Source: Ramazzottius varieornatus (taxonomy: Eukaryota > Animalia > Tardigrada). Taken from it: DNA of 64,000 nt. The DNA is taken from positions 1,780,827 to 1,844,826 of the forward strand of contig BDGG01000006.1 of assembly GCA_001949185.1 (NCBI GenBank), written 5' to 3'. The notes beneath the pieces were generated by a model, which was not told the DNA's origin, made no database searches, and was given only the letters and a program-made list of their open reading frames with translations. Below are positions 1-12,479 of this stretch, piece after piece (within the stretch, counting starts at the first letter, position 1; the number at the start of each line of letters is the position of its first letter). The translations under genes and the position numbers were made by a program.

Positions 1-863
1 ACTGGTATAGTTCAGACTGTGTTATAGTATTGGAGCTTGACAGAAAGGTTCCCGTGAACAGGGATGGTTACGTGGAAGCCTGACAGAAGCGATCAACCAC
101 GATAAACGAAACGATAAACAAGAGATATCTTCACACTGGCTTCCGGGAAGGTTTCGAGTTCTCAGTCGAAGAACGGAAGACGTCACTTGCTGTCTGCGTC
201 GCTCCTATCATGCGATGGCTCTACCACGACTCACATCCCTTCGTACTTCCTGCCATCGCTATTGAATTCACTTCTCTCGTGGACCTGCACAAGTTTAACA
301 GGAGCTAAACAGCCGTCACGGACAAATAACTTTTGTACGTAGATACAACTGATGAAAACAATACTGATCGGAATGATCAGAAAACTGTCAATCCACCTGC
401 CCACCATAAAGAACGGCTGACGAAGAAACTAGAGCTAACTTGGGTGAAGGCAGCGGGAAATTCAGCACGATGAAACAGAAGCAAGAAGCCTGTGCTGTAC
501 ACTACAGCATCCAGAGAACTGAATTTCAGCTTTGGCATTTAGAACTATAGGAACTTCAAAACTATGATGTCATCGCTAGCTATATTTTCGTAACAGGAAA
601 AGAAAACAACAGCTAAACTGTACAGCTGTCCACAACATCAACCATTGAAGTCTTTGGTCGATGCGAAGCCAAAAAGAAGAGACATCTTGGCTGGACATCG
701 GAGAAGGTACCACTTTATCGCTTGTAATTGAAGCGACCGTCGATTCGAATTCTGCAACACAAAACTGTCAGAAACAACTCGCATGTATCCCTCTTCGCTG
801 AGAAGTCGACTAAAATATACAGAAGAGACACCAAGCAGACAATAAAATGTAGAGGAAACTAAC

Positions 864-1848
864 TTCATCACAAGGGATATATCTCTAGGCATGATGGTCA
901 CTCGACGTCCGTGGAGAGCTGCCAAGTTCACATCCTCGAACATACTGATGAGAAAGTACTCTGCAGCTTCCTGCAAAACAAGAAAAACAGCGATTGTTAA
1001 CCGTTCGATAAGATGTATCCATCCGCTGCAAGTGCGACACCTTTGTCTGACGCCAACGCAAGACGAAGAAACCAGGCAGTCAGTCCTTCAGCTAATACAT
1101 GCTGAACCTTCGAGTGATTGTTGATTAGGCACTGCGACACTCAAGTCAGGTCGCGCACTGATAAGTGTCATGACCAGAGAGCAACGCGCGACTGCATGTG
1201 GGCAATTAGAAATCAGTGCGCCACTTGACTTGAGTACATCACTGATGAATTGTTCTGCGGCGGAGAAATTAAAGGTACCTGCAAAGCTTGCAGAGCGGTA
1301 GCTTGGAAGCGATACTCTTTGGTCCTGTCCACGTTCTTGGTGATCTCACGGACGAGACGTTGGAATGAAGTCTTGGGAATCAACTGCTCGACGCTGTTCT
1401 GATATCTGCGGATCTCCTTCAACGCCAAGATTCCAGGCTTGGATCGGCGCTTGGACTTTTCCTTCTTCAGTTGTGACGAACGCAGATCGACGTGCTTGCG
1501 GGCGATGGGCAGCTGGCGCTTGCTGGGTGTCCCAGGCTGAGGACGTGACTGAGAAACTTCTTGACGAACCATGCGCGTCATCTTGCGCGCCACTTGCTTG
1601 CGTGCGGGAGGTGATGTGGGTGAGCCACCTTGGCCCGATCCCGTGCCTGATGGGCTGTCGCGAGCCGGAGAGCCTTCTGGCAGTCCAGAACTCGGTGCAG
1701 AGTTGGTTGGACGACCTTCCGAGTTGGTGGCGTACTCGTCCTCATTATCGGCGACCAGCTCACGGGAAGACAGTGTGCGGACGGGGCGAGAGACTGACTT
1801 GGTAGCGCGGTTGTCGTTTCGCACTCCCGCTTGCTTAGTTCGAGGCAT
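864..1848 (-). CDS. Divergent histone H3 variant, CENP-A/CenH3-like (exons 1848-1279 and 970-~864; final exon/C-terminus uncertain)
   Basis: Starts MPRTKQ, then a long low-complexity tail, then a histone fold: PGILALKEIRRYQNSVEQLIPKTSFQRLVREITKNVDRTKEYRFQATALQALQ|EAAEYFLISMFEDVNLAALHGRRVTIMPRDISLV. The GT-AG intron 1278-971 joins the two halves in frame. Loop 1 is 2 aa longer than in canonical H3. Confidence 0.85.
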
Positions 1849-2704
1849 TTTCTCGACTTTCCTTCACCTGCAAAATTTCAAAAACATCATAAATCGGTCC
1901 TTTGGAGTCTACTCTGTCACAGCACACAAAAATAGAAGTCATCAGCTCGAAAGATGAGATCAAAATTCCAAGAAAAGATAGGCAATTTCGATGGAAATTC
2001 CACTTTCAGTGGCTTATCGTCCTTATTTTCCGGTTCATTTGCAATGAAAATACAGATACGAGGACGTTTGAATTTTCTGCAGAGTATACTTAAGGTTCGG
2101 GGACTTCAAAATGAAAGAAAAAGGGCTACGGTTTTCATGAAAAATCTGCAAGGCGAAGCGAGGAGAATTTCGAGACATATTAGCGATTTCCACCTGATGT
2201 TTCAACTCGTTCTTGCGGCTTACCTGCGTAGAATCAGCAAGAACCGTCAATGAAGGAATATTCTCCAGAAGTTTCTGTAGAAAACGACTAGTGGTGAGTA
2301 CTGCAGAACACAAAGGAAAAGGTAGTTAAAGGGTTTGAAGGAATACAAAGGAAGAGAAACAGAAGGCAAGAAGTGAGAAAGTCAAAACGGGGCGAGAAGG
2401 AAAGAGCGCGGATTTCAACAGCTGACTTGGTCGAAAAGCCCAGGCGCCCAACGGTCCAGGGCGAAACGTGAATTTTCACGTTCGACTCCGTCTGGTACCG
2501 CCCCGACTGGGCAGGCATTAAGGCGCCGGCGCCAAACAAAATTCCAGGATTGGTTGAAAAGGATCCTTACATGAGTCAACATCAGCAGTTTAAGACCAAT
2601 CAGAACTTTCGTCCAATCAACGACAAAAGCGGAGCTTTCTGGGGTAGAAACCCGTGAGAAGTGGGTACGGTGTACAGATGAACAGTCTGGCTGCAGGCGC
2701 GTTC

Positions 2705-2754
2705 GGGCCGGAAATGGTGGGAAAAACGACCACCCTTGATGGCTCTGATATACA
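2705..2754 (-). repeat. Dispersed ~50 bp repeat at the hAT insertion flank; second copy at 60367-60415 (+)
   Basis: The reverse complement TGTATATCAGAGCCATCAAGGGTGGTCGTTTTTCCCACCATTTCCGGCCC matches TGTATATCAGAGCCATTTAGGTTGGTCGTTTTTCCACCATTTCCGGTCC. Confidence 0.7.
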
Positions 2755-2760
2755 AGAGGT

Positions 2761-5700
2761 TATTGATGTTCTACTCGGGCAAAATGGCATCTAATATACT
2801 ATTACTTACTATTCGCCATCAGTTTGAGTTCTACTTAATTGCTACTTAATATAGTAAAACTTCCGCCTGATCTAATTTACTTTATTATAGTAACTTCCGT
2901 TTAATCTCCGTAGTAAAATATATTTTACTATTGAAAGCAAAGTTTCAGATCTTAGTAACAAGCCGCACTGGGTAACAAATTACGAACCGCTTACAAATGT
3001 TACCGGGAGAACAGAGACCTTAGTCATCGAGATCGGACAAATACTCTGTATTTCGCAAAGAAAGTATTTTTCTTTCGAGATTGTGGCCGGCTAGTCTGTT
3101 TCCTTTCCCCATTGTTGCAGCTGAGCCAATGGAAAAAACTCTTTCCGGTGCACTCGAACCAGCCGGTATGGCTAGAATGTCCAAAGCCACACGGCTCAGT
3201 AGAGGGAACTTTCCCGCATTCTGTATCCAGAAGAGCTCTGGATTGTCATCAGTATTATCTTCCGTACTAGCAGGTAGACTGATATAAGTTTGGATTTCCA
3301 AATCAAACGGCGAATTATGCGGTGCGACCTCCAAACTTGCAGCGACGAAAAAGTCCAAGTCATCGTCAGTGTTGAACTTGGAGGTGACATTCGGATCAGC
3401 AGGTTCAGGGAGTATGTCTGAGCAAAGAAAGTTTAGAATTTAGCGATAAACAAATTAAACTAATCAGCTGAACGGTCGAACGTGTACCTGGAATGTTTTG
3501 TTCGTACCAATCACTGCTCTTTAGTGCGAGCCATCTGGAAGCAAGGCTCGCCACCCGATGTGGCAGAGTGAGGCGCAGTTTCTTGTGAAGAAAGGTGCTC
3601 GCAATGTACACTGCATCAAACTTCGGATCACGTTCATTGATCACGTATCCCAACACGCGAGATAATTCTGATTCCATCGCCAATATGACCTACAAAATAC
3701 AAAAGCCTTTGCAACTTAACGAAAAGAATCGAAACGAGTATAAAACGTTAATACCAAAAACAGATCACATAGCGCACAAGAACACCTACTTGATCGAACG
3801 GGTTATCGAGGTGGAAGCTAGAGAAGTCCAGCTTTGATAATGCATCACGGATGCATTCCAAATGTCGAACCAGCCCGTTGATGTAGAAGTGGACCCGATG
3901 AATAGTTGCCTCCTTATCAGCGCTCAGCTTATCCGTAACCTGCAAGCGGAAAGAAACATCGGCATACAAATTCGATTGTAAATGTCTAGCCACAGCTGTA
4001 CTGTGACACGTACAGTGTTAAATTTGTCCAATAGTTTTATTATATATCTGATGATAACCCATTCTCCCGGTGTAAGACCTGGAATCTTCAGGTGCCGTGC
4101 CATGATTTCTTTTACGGAATCTTGTACTAGATCCAGGCGCTTAAGAAACAGCAAAGTTGAATTCCATCGAGTTGAGACATCAGCAATCAAAGTCAGGTTC
4201 GTGGCTTTGATGAGTTCGCCGGTAGCAACGGTGGACATTCTGAATGTCTTCACTATGACTCGGGCTTTCCTGATGATGGGCTTCAGCGTCTCGTCTTTCT
4301 CAAATACACGAACAGCCGTCTGCAAACGATGGATGGTACAGCTGTGGCGCTTAATTCTGAAAAGCGAAAAAAATACGTTATCATTCAGTTGGTGAAGTAG
4401 GATCACATGCCTAACTTCTAGATGTTTATAAGATTTATGGCATGAAATGGAAAACATTACCTTCCGTCGAACTCCCTGTCGCACTGCTCTTCAAACTGCA
4501 TGTATTCGTCAACTTCTTCTACTACATTGGCCTCTTCTGTGTCATCGGAGGTCACTGTTACACCCTCTTCATCCTCGTCCGATTCGTTATGACTGTCTGA
4601 ACCATTTGAGTCAACGAAGGCTTTGAAAGCGGCTACCATGTTCGATCCGTTGTCGGTCACTATGGCGGATATCTTGGAAGGTGCAATATCCCATTCAGCC
4701 AGAATATCCATTGTAAGTTTGAACAGCCGAGCAGCAGTGTGTGGAGGTGGAAAGGTGCGACAAGCCAGTGTCATTCGTCGCATAACTTTGGAGTGAGGAT
4801 CGTACAGGCGAGCAGTCATTCCAAGTTTGGATTCAGTCATTCCACGCTTCGTCCAAATATCTGTAATGAAATAAGTACACGTTAAACATTAACGAATGTT
4901 AATTTTGTCAAATGAACCTTCGAAGGAGAACAGTCCTACCTGCTGACAAGGAAATCTTTCGAGCACGACGCAGTACAAATTTCATGTTGGTCAGCAGCTG
5001 CTTGTAGACTTTGTCCATCTCGGTATTCACAGCTTTTCTACCGAACGCAGGCGATCGAGGGTCATGTTTCATGAAGACACGTTGAGTCGCAGGATTGGCA
5101 CAGAGTGTTGGCGTCGCGGTGGTACGTAAACACCACAATGCACGTTCGCGTAGGACAGCTCGATATCTGCAATAAGGAACGAAATGCGATGAATAGATTA
5201 ATTATCAGTCACCAGCAAGCAACAGAAAAATGAAATCAATCTTACTTGAAACTTCCCTCCTCGTACGGATGTGAAGACTCAAAGCTGAGTTTAGGCTGGA
5301 TCATCGTTACGCTTGATTCCTGCTGCTTGCTTTTCTTGACATCTTTGCGACATTTCTCCTGCTCTTCATATTTTCCATAAGCCTGAGGATGATGATTTCT
5401 GAGGTGAGCCACAGTATTTCCAGTGTTACCGGCAGGCTTGACTTCATGTAGGCAGTATTGGCATGTACGACTACCTATCTCGACATCTTCGGTGTAGTGT
5501 TGCCATACTGCAGATGCTCTCTTTGGGCCACCAAGTCGTTTGCGCTTCACGTTAGCAACCGAAGACGACGTTGATGAGCACTGAGGACTAGGAACAGGTG
5601 GATCATCATCCGCAGAGTCCGAAACGTCATCATCAGTCATGTTGATCACTGCTGGGCTGACTACGGCTTCCTTGGTGGGAGCAGAAAATTTTCCATTCCC

Positions 5701-6270
5701 GGCTGGAGGCTTCTTCAGAACGCGTTGTGTCTTCCCTTTGGTCGGTAAAGGCATGGCTGATGAGTAGCTATGGGATAGGTCCTACCTAATCATAAGCAAA
5801 CTAGAAGGACGCAAAAAAAACTAGCCGATCGTTCCATATTGAGCTTTCAGCAAAACACAAATAATTCGAATCTCCGCCATCACGCACCGGCAAACCGTCA
5901 ATCCAGCTCGTCTAAGGAGTAAAGAGTATGTAGGCGCATGGCCATCTTGTGTTCGCCCTACGAAGCCAACTTCTGCTGACATAGGGGCGGGATATGCGGT
6001 GTGCGCTGTCTTCTGGGCGTTGCCCCAGATATCAGGGCGCCTACTATAGTACGTCAGTGCGCGCTTTAGACGTATTATACTATATTTTAATATCGTAAAC
6101 GCTTGATCGAATGTTACTATAATATCTCGGTTTCCGTTGTGACTTACTTTACTATTAATTTTCTGTGTCGCAGTCCAGTACATTCACTTAATATTACTTA
6201 CTATAGTATATGCTAAAAGCATCTACTTTCACATACTTTAATATACTTTTACTATAATAGAACATCACTA
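2761..6270 (-). mobile_element. Complete hAT-superfamily DNA transposon (3510 bp)
   Basis: 13-bp TIRs TATTGATGTTCTA (2761) and TAGAACATCACTA (ends 6270), 1 mismatch. Perfect 8-bp TSD CAAGAGGT at 2753-2760 and 6271-6278. AT-rich subterminal regions carry TTACTA/TAGTAA repeats. Confidence 0.95.
3020..5754 (-). CDS. hAT transposase, multi-exon (BED zinc finger, RNase H-like DDE core, C-terminal dimerisation domain)
   Basis: BED finger SAVWQHY..CQYC..GNTGNTVAHLRNHH; spliced catalytic 'DIWT'; 'TDNGSNM'; 'CTIH' CxxH; 'TRWNST'; C-terminal 'FW..FPLLSRVALDILAIPAGSSAPERVFS'. Confidence 0.92.
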
Positions 6271-9200
6271 CAAGAGGTGGAAATTTCGATGATGGAAGAA
6301 CAGGGTGAGAACGGCAGGACGGAAAAGCTGGGATAGGTTGGGATGACCGGTCTTCCGTGACATCAAACCCGGAAACCACAAGTTCCAAAATTTCCTGGTG
6401 TTTTTTTCAAGGGTTTCCAGTCGACCACCTCATTTGTACACTATAGAGTAGCATTCCCTCAAATCTCGGCTACACACCGTCAGCCAGTGTAATCCTGGCA
6501 TGCCACGAACAGTACTCTATAACGTCAGTACACCGAAACTGAGAGAAGACATCAGTTCAACGGTCCCAGTTACTGGAATTACCTAGGGCGGTGCGGCAGT
6601 GTACCGCACTAGGTTCGGAAACACCAAACTACATTAGCTATGCTAGTCCAGTAAGGAAACAAAACGCCTTGTTAAGGTCTGATTCGCACGCTCTATAAAA
6701 CTTTAAAAATTTCTGCCACGAAAAACGCTGAGAAGGAAATTTGATAGAGAATCAGAGAGAAAACTTGCACGAATTCGACTTTCGTGCCCCATTTCGATCT
6801 TTCAAAGCACTCTAAACTGGAAACGACATGCAAGGGGTAGTGCGTTCAGTTATCTATAAAGCTGTATCAGCCGAAATTATATCCAAGGTCTTTAACGAGA
6901 GCAGATGTGGACAGAAACACAGAACCTTCAAATCCTGACCAGTGGTCAATAGGAGAGGAGCCTGTTCTTGTCGCTCTTCTTTCTCGCACGCAGAGCCTGC
7001 TCGCTCAGTGTGCCTTATCTCAATGGGGAGGTAGATTCTGGCAGATTATTTTGCTTCCTTCTCCACCTATCACTGCATGCCTTGTGGCCACTAACCAAGC
7101 AAGGAATGCTGCACAGCACTAACGCGGTGGAATGGCTCATCCATAAAGCTTCTGAATAACGCACACAGAGATCGCCAACTGTTCGCCATCTCTTCAACGG
7201 ATTACCTAACCTTGACTTTCTTGCACTATGTCCGACTCTGATAAGGTCCTGATACGGAAATGGAGGTGGCGGATTCGCTGTGTTGTAGGTTCCAGTAGTT
7301 CTCCATTCTCACTCAGTCTACGGCAGAACTGAACCGACGCAGCCCGACGAGTACCATCACTGACAGCACATGGAAATTGGAAGAATGAATTTGCGAATTG
7401 TCTTTAACAAATCGATTCATACAAGTCGGCGCATACAACAGCAAATTTTAGAGCAAGATTAATCCGAAGACACCCTGACCATGATTGAAAACAGAAAAAT
7501 AAATCAATGATGTACCATAACTGAGATCTTTCTGGATGGACACTGCCCGCATGCGCTGGCATGCTACAGTTGAAGTCTATTGCAGTTGCAAGCAGAACCT
7601 ATCAATTCGATGTGATGTATTGCTTACAAGACTCGAAAAATGCTCGAAGCGTTTTTAGCGGTCATCATTTTATGGAGTGTGAGATTAAGACCTCAAAATC
7701 ACTTCCTTCCTTTCATCTCGTACATGCCGCAACTATTAAGCAACGCTCAATAATGCACTGTGGAAACAGTAGACCCTTTTTAAATTTTCACTGCGCCGCT
7801 TACGCAAGGACAGTCGCAGCATTTCGGTATTCTTGTTTCTGGTCAGAAGCAGATATCAGACAAGGTTCACTGAAGGACGGCACGCGCCACTGCAGATCAG
7901 TAGCTCTACGTATCATCGCTTCGTGACTCGACACCTGCGTTTCCCGGTCTTGACCGAATACCCTCGCTCGCATGAAACCTCGCGAACCGTCAACTAGATT
8001 CAAATTGATGACTGTCCAAAAGTGTGACCGACTCTCGCTTTCTTAAAAAACTGAAACAAGCCGCTTGAATACACTCCATCTGTAGCGACGGCCATGGGGT
8101 CGACAAGTTCAGGAAATACATCTGATGTTCGCGACATGAATAAATTACAGGACTGCAGAAACTGCAATCCTGGTTCTAGTAACCAGAACAGAAGATGTAC
8201 AATATTTCAGAAGGTATTCGAAACTTTAAAATCTATGGACGGTGGTGTTAAAATCGAGTTTTCAGTTAGAGGAAACGACAGCGCTACCGGTTGACCCCAT
8301 CATCTGCGACGTTTTGCCGGTACCGCGACTTCCTTTTGTTGATCGCATCAGAATTTCCGACTGAACACTGGCGCGACGTCACGTCTCCTAGTCCACAAGA
8401 CCGACGTTAGCATAAAACCATCATGCAATGTTGCATTCGTTTGGCTGGGAATCTGTGATCAACATTCCGTTTCGGCTGGTCTGTAAAAGCACCGAATAAA
8501 GTCATCATCAACCATTTCGGAAAAACTTAGTTTGAGCATTGCGACAAATTGTCATGATCGGGCGCGCGAGAATCGAGAGGAGATGGTCAGGATAATTTTA
8601 CCGGTCCTGCGTCCGGGTGCTATAGGTTACAGAGCAGTTCTCTGTGTGCCTTCGAAAACGCGTTTGAACTGCGCATTGTACTGGTTGGCCACTGTACAAC
8701 CACTAATGGCTCCGCACTGGCTGACTGTGAAGTATCGATTATTCAATTCGTCTTTGACACGTGTGCTCGACAAAACTGTTTTGATGCCCACCGGTGCGGC
8801 GGCCCGTCATAGTTTCCAGATTTGTTCGTGGAGAAGAAATCATGCAATACTTGAGTTACCTAAGAAAGTTCTACAGTGATACACCGCTCATGTTGAAAGG
8901 TTTGATTCCATAAGGAGAACCTTAATATTTTTACAGTCGCTCTCTAGAGATATATCGAGTTATGGCACAAGAACTATTTCACTCCAAGACAACTTGCTGC
9001 AATTCGATGGCTTTACAAAATACGCTTCCCGGTTTCGCGTTCGCATACATGCAATCTACGTCAAGACATTTCTTGCTTACCTGAACCCAATGGAAGATAG
9101 TTTCATCTGCAGCGACCACGCAGAACAGTACCGCTGTGTGGGGTTTCCCTATAAATCTCTGAACACCGTAAAAACTACTGTGTTCTCTCCGGGAATGGAT

Positions 9201-10419
9201 GTACGTCACTCAATTCACAATGTGAAACTGCAGATATGGTCGGTAGGCGGTAGCTCATACGATTGAAACAGCTGTGACGCCACGAGATTCAATCAATCCA
9301 ATCAATCCAATCAATCCGGAGAGTTCACATGTTGCTTGGTTCAGTTATGAAATTAGCTGTTCAGTGAATGACTCGCACAGACTAATAGTATTTTGTCCGA
9401 CTGCGCTGATTGGCTACTAAGGTTGTCCATAATTACGTCAAGATCTGACGCCATGCTGGCTTTGTGTAACAGCTACGCTAACACTCTAGTGAACCAATAT
9501 CAGTGACGTACATGAATTTCGGGAGAGTATACAGTAATCCGACAGTTCGGATCCTCATTCCTCATTAGTCTCACCGTTTCATTTCTGGAGTTATTTGGAG
9601 AGTGGGAATCTTCATCCGTGATCGTGACCGACGGTCAGATGCGCCGTCGGCGTTCGTGAAGTATAACTCGTACTGTATGTCTTTAGTGTCTGAATGTGCG
9701 TGCTGCCGCTGGACTGAATCGATTGATAACGGGATCGAATCTTCGAGAGGAATTTTTCCTCAGCTGTTCCCGCATTCTCTTCCTGAATGATATTCTTCAT
9801 CCGTCGTGATGTCCGCCTGGACAGACTGGAGTAATTCTACGTGATCTTTTCGACACTGGTTTATGCGCGTTCGCTGCCGGCAGGATATTTACCTGAACGT
9901 GATGGTTGCTCATGCAGAAAACGCTGAGGTAAGCAGCTTTTAGATCGGATCGCGTAGGTGAAGTTTCTGGTCACTCAGCTCGTTTGTGGCCCTCTTCACC
10001 TAGCTTTTTTTCTGCGAGACGGTTCACTTATCACAATGCGTATCGAAAGTTTGACTTTGGTTGTGAGAAGGTTACTTCGAGCGGTGCAAAGTTCCGAAAG
10101 ATCGTCAGAATTGGTTTATGAAAAACTAGGTATCATGCCCCACAAGACGTCAAAATCGTAACGTGGTGTGGGCCTTTTTTACCAGATAGTTTGTGCGCTT
10201 TCGTGACGTCATCTCTTGTGTTGATCTCAGATTTTTTATGCGCGCTTTCGGAGTTTTACCTTCGTGTTTTGTTTCAGGCACGATTGACTTCCATCTGACG
10301 TCAATTGATGGGTATCACCTTGATGGTTGCACGGGTCTAAATCGTCACATGTATCTGTTTGTCTGTCATGAGTTAGCGATCCAAGGAGTGCCTGCAGCAT
10401 TGGCTCGACTGAACTACTT

Positions 10420-11878
10420 ATGATGGGAATTAACCATTCGAAGCTGCATGCGAGAGAGTGGAGGGATATAAATGTTGAGCCTGAAAGGAAGTTGGAGTGT
10501 TCGATTGCGACTGATGTACAGGTGACGTCTTCGATCGAACAGCCTAAGTCGTCTGCTGAGGCCGAACTTCTGGGAACTCCTTCTGTAGCTGTTGTGGAGT
10601 TTTTCGAAGGTGCGTCTGGTGAGAAAGCCGAAGAGAAGAAGAAAGGTTCTCGACGGCTGAGTTTCCTCGATCTGGTGGAACGGTGTGTGACGACTTGCTT
10701 GAAGGAAGCGCCTGCTGCGTTATCTTCAGTCCCAGCAATGTCTTCGCCGTCTGAATCCTCCAGGTCGACCAAATCTGTGGGAGGCGGCGGTTCGGAAGCC
10801 GAGAAGACCGTCGAAGCTCCGGCGGAGGGAACGTCGGACGAGCATATCGAGCCTGCGGAGACCGCGTCGAATATCTTTGTCAGCCTCTTCGACAAGTTTC
10901 GGTTTGACAGGATCGACGAGGAAGTGAACACGGATTCTGACGCAGAAACCGACAGCGATGATGACAGAATATTACCGTTTGGCTCGTGTGTCGTTTACTA
11001 TCCAAAAGAGAGGTGTTTCAAAGCACAAAACGAAGGTAAGAAATTTTTGTTCTGTGTCACTGGTTTTTACACTTGCACATGGCGTCAGTTGACATGGTTC
11101 TCTTCATGCATTCGTGTCCTATGTTGATGCAGTGATGTCATGTGTGCGTCCAACAGGATGGTCGGAAAAACTGTTGATCTTGATTGATTGGTGGAAACAT
11201 TACGACCTTTTCCAACGTATGCTGGTGAATTGATTGAGTTGATTAGCTCCTTCATGAAGTGTTTCAGTTCGGATGTTTCTTTGGCAGATGGAAGGTTTTT
11301 CGATATCCCTACCTTTGCTCAACCACAAACGGAGGAAGAGCGAGAATGTTGGGAGAAGGACTTCTGTGAAACTTTTGAGTCAAGCATAAAACGACATGTC
11401 CTGACTGATCGAGCTGAACCTGACATCGAAATAGAGAATACTCCTGTTTCTCCTGCCTTTGAAATCATAAACGGTGAGTAACGATAAGGTCCACTAAGCC
11501 CCCGTTGATATTGAACTGTGGTAACGAGCCTCTCTTTTCGAGCTTTCTTTTATGGGCTTTTATGTGATCCCTGCATCCGAATTTGTAGAGACGCCAGAGG
11601 ACAGCTCCGATTACACCTTCCACGAAAGGAACTCTTCGCAAAGCATCCAGTCTAACGAACCGGGCCGATGTCGGTCCACCCGCCAAAGAAATCGCCTGCC
11701 GTCTGAAACCAGTTCGGAATCCTCTTCAGAACCTTTATCGTCCGGTAAAGCAAGCACGAGACCACGGAGAAAAGCTAAAGGTACTAAAGTAGCCAAATCT
11801 CCGAAGCAAGCAAGTAAAGCACGAAAACGACCTCAGACGCTTGGCAAGAGGCATCCTTTGAGTATTAGTACCACCTGA
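10420..11878 (+). CDS. Uncharacterised acidic/Ser-rich coding exons, possibly the 5' part of the downstream chromodomain gene
   Basis: Three consecutive + ORFs with protein-like composition and plausible splice sites (donors near 11035 and 11475, acceptor at 11588/11589). The complete phase-consistent path was not resolved. Confidence 0.5.
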
Positions 11879-12479
11879 TGCCTCTTCCTTGTTTCAGATC
11901 AGTTTCACTATACGTACGCCCCTCTGCTTTTTTCCCCTTGTTTTGTTCGGCTTTGACCTTGTTACGAGTGTCAGTTCTGCTAAAATGTGAATCTGAGGTT
12001 CCTTACTAGTCGAGAGATCTCTGGAATGTGCCACTCATCGGGGTTTCTCCCTCTGGATCTGGATCTGGATCGTTATACTTTTTTCCAAACTGTAGTCTCT
12101 CAATCTTAGCCGTGATTACTTCACGTAGTTTCTGGCGTTTGCCCCTGCTATGAACCGCGCATTGTGATGATGTTATGCTTTTCCGTGCATTGTGTCTCTC
12201 CCGTTCTCGTGCCTAGTGCGCTCACTTCCGCCTTGTGACGCCAGAACGCCACCTGTGAAGCAGCTGCTTGCTTCTTCCGCTACTTCCGGTGGGCGTGTTG
12301 TTCGTTTGCCGTGCTGGAACTTGGTCGTCGTTCCTGATTGGCTGACACGGCGCAGGCGATCCGAAAAGTAATAGCTTTTCACGTTTCATTTTGATCGGCA
12401 ATCATTTCGCAAAACTGGTCTGACTTCTGTTCCTCTTCGTTCCGGATTACTAACCGTTGCTTCCCATCTTTCTTTACAG

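Noticed and set aside
6400-10400. Short ORFs at 7561, 8532, 8994 and 9602 as a gene
   Set aside because: No recognisable domain, and no phase-consistent exon chain could be built by eye.
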